A stretch of DNA of 64,000 bases from a bacterium (GTDB lineage: Bacteria; UBA8248), in the NCBI GenBank assembly GCA_965213685.1, contig CBDBZY010000064.1, forward strand, positions 1,280,001 to 1,344,000, in the 5' to 3' direction. The position numbers and the translations under genes were made by a program. Below the pieces are notes generated by a model. The model saw only the letters and a list, made by a program, of their open reading frames with translations, was not told where the DNA came from and did not search any database. Positions 59,025-64,000 of the stretch are shown here, piece after piece (position 1 is the stretch's first letter; each line of letters begins with the position of its first letter).

Positions 59025-61813
59025 GAGTAAGTTACCGAATTTCGGACAACATCCAATGTCGGACACAAACATCAAGGCTTCGGACATGCTAACATGAATA
59101 CAAGCCAAACTTCACTATAGAGTACCTATTAAACGCCTCGCCAGCTTTCCGATTCCAGTCTGTCTGAGAACGAGTTTATTTCTGCACATGCGCAGAAAGC
59201 ACAACAGATCTCGTGCTGTAAAATGGCCTCCTCCAGCAGTGTCCCACTAAGCCGCAGGGTTGCCAGAAGTCGATCTAAAGTGGCTCTTACCGAAGGAAGT
59301 AAGGAAGCGCCCTTGCAGGAGTGCGATGACCTGCCCATGGCCGGGAGCCGGAAAGCCCAGCCAAACCTGGTTGGCCTGAGGAGAGCGTGGACCGAAGAAA
59401 GCATGGAAAGGGCTCTAAAGGAAGTTGGTGAGGGAAAGCTGTCCGTTAGGCGCGCTGCGTTACAGTATGCATTACCCAAATCGACCTTACATGATCGAGT
59501 TACGTGTAAAGTCATCCCTGGTGCTAAGGTCGGAGGGCCACGATACCTTGATGACGAGGAGGAGGAAGAGCTGGTCAACTTTCTGATTGGTGCAGCTAGC
59601 ATCGGCTACTGAAAGACGGTTCAGGAGGTGAAGGCCGTTGTGGGTGCTATTGTGGCCTGCAAATGAGGTTTACAGACTGCAACTGTTAGCCAGGGTTGGT
59701 GGGAGAAATTTAGGTGTCGTAACCCAAAATTCGCTCAGTGCAGAATCTCTTGCTTTTCATCGTTCAGTCTCATTGACCAGAGAGGTGGTCGACACATACT
59801 TTGACCTTCTAGAGGAAACTCTTGAGCAGAACCTCCTATCAAAACCAGCATTAATTTTCAACTGTGATGAGAGTGGCATGCCACTGAATCACAGACCTGG
59901 AAATTGCATTGCCAGGAAAGGACAGAAGCACGTCAATTCCATTGTGTCTGGCAACAAATCCCAGGTCACTGTCCTGGCCTGTGTAAGTGCCATGGGAAAT
60001 TCAATTCCACCATTTGTTATCTTTGATCTAGCAAACCTGAATCAAATGCTAACAGTTGGTGAAATACCCAGAACCATGTATGGCCTTAGTCCGGGGAGTG
60101 GGTGGATTGATTCTCAGCTTTTCCGGGAGTGGTTTGAGCACCACTTTCTCCTGTATGCTCCAGCTGCCCGTCCCCTTCTCCTCTTGCTCGATGGCCACTC
60201 CAGCCACTACCAGCCAGAGGTGGTTCATTTGGCAGCTAGCAAGGGAGTGATCTTGTTTACATTCCCCCCCCCCCCACACCACACATGTTTCACAGCCGCT
60301 TGATGTGACGTGTTTTCACTCCCTTAAGGTGTATTGGGATCAGGAATGCAACAGCTACATGGCAGCTAACCCTGCGAAAGTGGTGACAATATACCAATTT
60401 TCTGAGCTATTTGCTGCTGCATACAAGAGAGCCATGACCAGAGAAAATATCCTTTCTGGATTCAAGAAAGCAGGTGTTTACCCCTTGAACAGACATGTGA
60501 TTGTCATACCAGGGGAGGAACCAGTCAAAAAGGCAACTCCTACGCATGCTCTTGATCTTGCGAGAAGTGGAATAACGTTCTTACCACTATACAGTCCTGC
60601 TACGAAGACCAGACAACCTGAATTTACAGCTGAAGAGGTTGCCAAGTTCACCACTCGTTTTGAGGAAGGCTATGATCTTGACATTGATGAACGCTACCAG
60701 AAGTGATTAGATATTTACAAACCCATGCGACTGTTCGATAAGAGTGAGGATGAGTCTGATGGTGGACAAGAAGTAGAGCCTCTCCAGATTCGCACATCTG
60801 ATAAGGCCTCAGTGCTTCCTCTCACCAGCAAACTGCAAGCAGATGCTGTCAAGAAGGGCTCATCAGTTGAAGCCCCGCCCCCTGTGGTTGAAGAGCCTCC
60901 TAATTCTCTGAACTCCCAGGCCCAACCAGTTGGGAAAGTCCCTGGCAAGTTAACTGAATTCTTGCAGCTTCCTCCCCCCCCCCCCCCCCCTTCTAAAGTA
61001 AGCAAGCCAAAATCTCTGCCTAAAGCTCATGTGCTTACTAGTGAGGAGAATCTGAAGAGGAAGAAAGGCAGAAGAAGGAAGAGATTGAAATGAAGGAATA
61101 GCATCGCCAGGAGAGAGAGGAAAAAAGGCATCTAAAGGAAGCTGAGCGTGGGCATCGAAAGCAGGCACAGGAGAAGGCTAAGCAGAAGCTGCAAGAAGAG
61201 CAAGTAGCACATGACACTGGTGGATCAGAGTGTGCTTTGGGGTCCTGTGAGCATAGGAGGGCAAGAAACGGGGTCCAATGCATTTGCTGTGAACTATGGT
61301 TTCACTGTCTTTGTGTGGATGTATCACGAAAGTTAGCTGAGTCTGAGGGTTATGTGTTTACATGCATAAATTGTACGTATTGAATGCAAAGTGCGATACA
61401 CTTTCACTTCCGGCATGAGACATATCTGGCTTCCTGTACGTCCGGAAATAACGCATATTTGGCGTTGAGATTGCTCCTAGTAAATGTATATGCGCTGGCT
61501 TAGGTTTGTGGCCTTGAGTTACTCTAACTTTAGGCTATTCGAATCTTGTCTAGCAGCAAACCAGAGTGTTGTGAAAAAACGTACATGCACTGCGTCCGAC
61601 GAAGGAGTACAAAGTCCGAAAAGGGAGACCAACACCAGGTACAATATTTGTAGTTCGCAAAAAACATTGCAGTACCCACTAGCGCTGAGATACATAGAGC
61701 ACAATGTGGAGAGCCTCTGCTATCTGTGCATATGCGAATTGGAATTGAGCATATTTAGGCAATCGACATCTGTGCCATTTTCCAAAAAGTGTCCGAACAT
61801 CAATAACTTACTC
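59025..61813 (+). mobile_element. Full-length pogo/Fot1-like (CENP-B/jerky-type) transposon
   Basis: TA-GAGTAAGTTA...ttcggaca / tgtccgaa...TAACTTACTC-TA termini flank the transposase. Confidence 0.82.
59223..61383 (+). pseudogene. pogo-like transposase: pipsqueak HTH, CENP-B HTH, DDE_1, C-terminal PHD-like finger (stops and frameshifts)
   Basis: WTEESMERAL..LSVRRAALQYALPKSTLHDRV; IFNCDESG; LLLLDGHSSH; QPLDV (frameshifted, about 60292); VQCICCELWFHCLCV...FTCINC. Confidence 0.88.
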
Positions 61814-62106
61814 TATATAAACACTGGACTTGGGGATTATGTGCTTATGTGTTAGCCTCCCTTCTTAAGCCATAGTGACAATGATCACATGATGGAACAG
61901 AGAACCTAGAATGATAGCCACACATATTCTAGGACCTCATAAAGAACACATGACAACAGGGTATAGCACAAGCAATTATCCCACATTTTGTACATATGCA
62001 GTTTGGCCACTGAAGGCACTGAAACGTCATTCCATTAGCGAGTACTAGTCCAGTGTTTAGAGACTCCCTTAAGGGAGGGCGAGTCATGATTGCATTCTTC
62101 ATCAAT

Positions 62107-62721
62107 TGTGACCGGATCTGCGAAAACCGACCACCTTGTAAAATATGTACATTAGAGATACGGGCGTTTGAACGCGGTCATGTAGTTCTAGACCCAAACT
62201 TTTTTTATTATACCACTGTAATCCTGGGTCCTTTAGCTACATCGTGGTGGAGTTTGACAGTCATCAGCGCTTCCGTTCGAGCGCTATAGCGTGAAACATG
62301 CAGCCTATTCGAGCGCCCTGTTATAGTCTAGTATAGTATACGATGTGCGTTGCTAAGCCAAAGAACATGATCTACAAGCTACGCTAACGACTTGTAGCTT
62401 GCCTAATGGCTATATCGTATGGAGAATCAGCCGATTACAAGTAAACACGAGTACTCGTGTAAAAACTGTAAGTATCGCGGAAGTATACGGACTACGCAAA
62501 ACACGCCCTAGCAACCGCAATAAACGCCCGTTTTCCGGAAAACGCGTGCGTCTAAATTAGCCGACTCTCCGTGCTTCTAAGGACTGTATCTCTAAAACTA
62601 TGCAGGCGATCGCTTCCAAATTTTCACCAGACCTAGACCACACCTCAATGACATCATTCATTGCGCTATCTCGATTTCGATAGCGGGTACAAGGTGGTCG
62701 GTTTTCGCAGATCCGGTCACA
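62107..62721. mobile_element. Short (615-bp) copy of the TGTGACCGG TIR element
   Basis: TGTG...CACA termini with about 34-bp TIR, flanked by AT on both sides. Confidence 0.88.
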
Positions 62722-63417
62722 ATTACTCTACCGTCGCTTTCCCCCTACATTTACCAATGCTAAAATGACAGCAATTCTTTGGTGCGGTTGCAAATTCACT
62801 GGGAAAAAATTCATATTTCCCGCTACCGTTGGATGTGCGGCGCTGAGTCTTGTATTACGTCATTACTAAAATTCAAAGTTGTCCGGACAATATATGGAAA
62901 ACCAACGTGGTACTGACAAAAGATTCCGAGTCCTGTTCTAAATTTAGGGGGAGTATCCAACCAGTGAAGAGGTGGATGCTCACCAAAGGGGAGTGAACTA
63001 GTTTATGCGCAATGGGTTCCTCGAGGCTTGGCTTGCTACTTTACGGCAGAATTTGCTACCGTTTTTCTAAATTCTGCAGCACGAAGAAAACAATTATATA
63101 TGTCTAGAAAGAAAGATTTAGTATGGATTTTTAAAGCAAATGTAGATAGCCAACATGCTTAGTAATCATCCACCGAAGTTTCGTCTCTGCAGCATTAGCC
63201 GTTATTGGCAAATTTTTTTCTATAATTAGCGATATGCATATTGCGTAAATTTTATAATTCTATAAACCGACATATCACGCAAAACTACATTATTTCGCTA
63301 ACAGGCATCATTAGGAGAATACAATAAAACATAAATCAGGCAAAATTATGTCTTAGGGTCGTCCTCCCTTAATTAGCAACTAATGCACAATAATTTGACA
63401 GGTTTAGAAATGTGTAC

Positions 63418-63577
63418 CAATTCAATGCTGTAGTGCAGAGGTGTTCTGTTCTTCTTGTCCTTTAGTGCTACACTTGCTCCCCTTGAAAGAAGTATCTTCA
63501 AAATATTAGGCCTGTTTTCCATTACAGAAATGTGCAGTGGTGTGCATCCACATTGGTCTTTGAGGTTAAGGTCACAG
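63418..63577 (-). CDS. Internal exon of an ankyrin-repeat protein gene
   Basis: CDLNLKDQCGCTPLHISVMENRPNILKILLSRGASVALKDKKNRTPLHYSIEL (two TPLH motifs 33 aa apart); pyrimidine tract plus TAG acceptor at 63578-63580 and GT donor at 63417. Confidence 0.75.
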
Positions 63578-63776
63578 CTATGTATACAAAAAGAGCAAAA
63601 TAATTTCTGACTTCTGACAGAGTTTATTTTTAGCCTCATACCCAGGCGCCTCCCACAAAGCGGTGAGAGGGCCGGTACACACTGTGTGCTCATGCGTGTA
63701 ATATCCCCACTTCTTGGGGGATTTGTAATTATTACTAGAGATACGTATACGCAGTAAATAGCCTCGCGCAGTACAC

Positions 63777-63928
63777 GCAGGAAGCCTGCAGTGGGAGTAG
63801 GCCGTCGTAGGCGCCTCGACTAATCTCCTCGGCGAAAAGACCTTTATAAAGCCGGCCGGAATCACGGAGACGGCCGCTCACATGCAGGAAGCCTGTAGTG
63901 GGAGTAGGCCGTCGTAGGCGCATCGACT
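63777..63928. repeat. 45-bp direct repeat pair
   Basis: gcaggaagcctg(c/t)agtgggagtaggccgtcgtaggcgc(c/a)tcgact at about 63777 and 63884. Confidence 0.75.
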
Positions 63929-64000
63929 TAGGTGGCTCTAGCTAGCTCTAGCTCTGGGCGCGGGCAGTGACATTCCCAAGCCGTTACACTGGGGCACGTG

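Overview
Eukaryotic (animal) genomic DNA made almost entirely of nested, mostly decayed DNA transposons. The TE mix and TACATG-rich low-complexity sequence suggest an invertebrate such as a sponge, but this is an inference. Recognisable components: (i) a piggyBac family ('PB-A') whose copies are bounded by a ~490-bp TIR-delimited unit that occurs as long terminal direct repeats, in a tandem array (1-6761) and as solo copies; (ii) a second, apparently intact piggyBac ('PB-B', 12348-15893; TTAA TSD, 13-bp TIR) whose ~645-aa DDD transposase is split by a 600-bp (CA)n-filled intron; (iii) two IS630/Tc1-like DDE_3 elements, each next to a convergent, mutually homologous accessory ORF; (iv) two ISL2EU-like elements (SWIM/YqaJ gene opposite a THAP/DDE_Tnp_4 transposase); (v) Crypton tyrosine-recombinase, MULE and pogo/Fot1-like pseudogenes, Kolobok- and Tc1-type MITEs and tRNA-derived SINE fragments; (vi) several large foldback structures, including a ~4-kb tandem array of palindromic units (26205-30290) and a perfect 108-bp-arm palindrome inside a MULE transposase. 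The only likely host-gene piece is one ankyrin-repeat exon (63418-63577, minus strand). Most long ORFs in the track are microsatellite artefacts. All alignments were done by eye, so family assignments need database confirmation.
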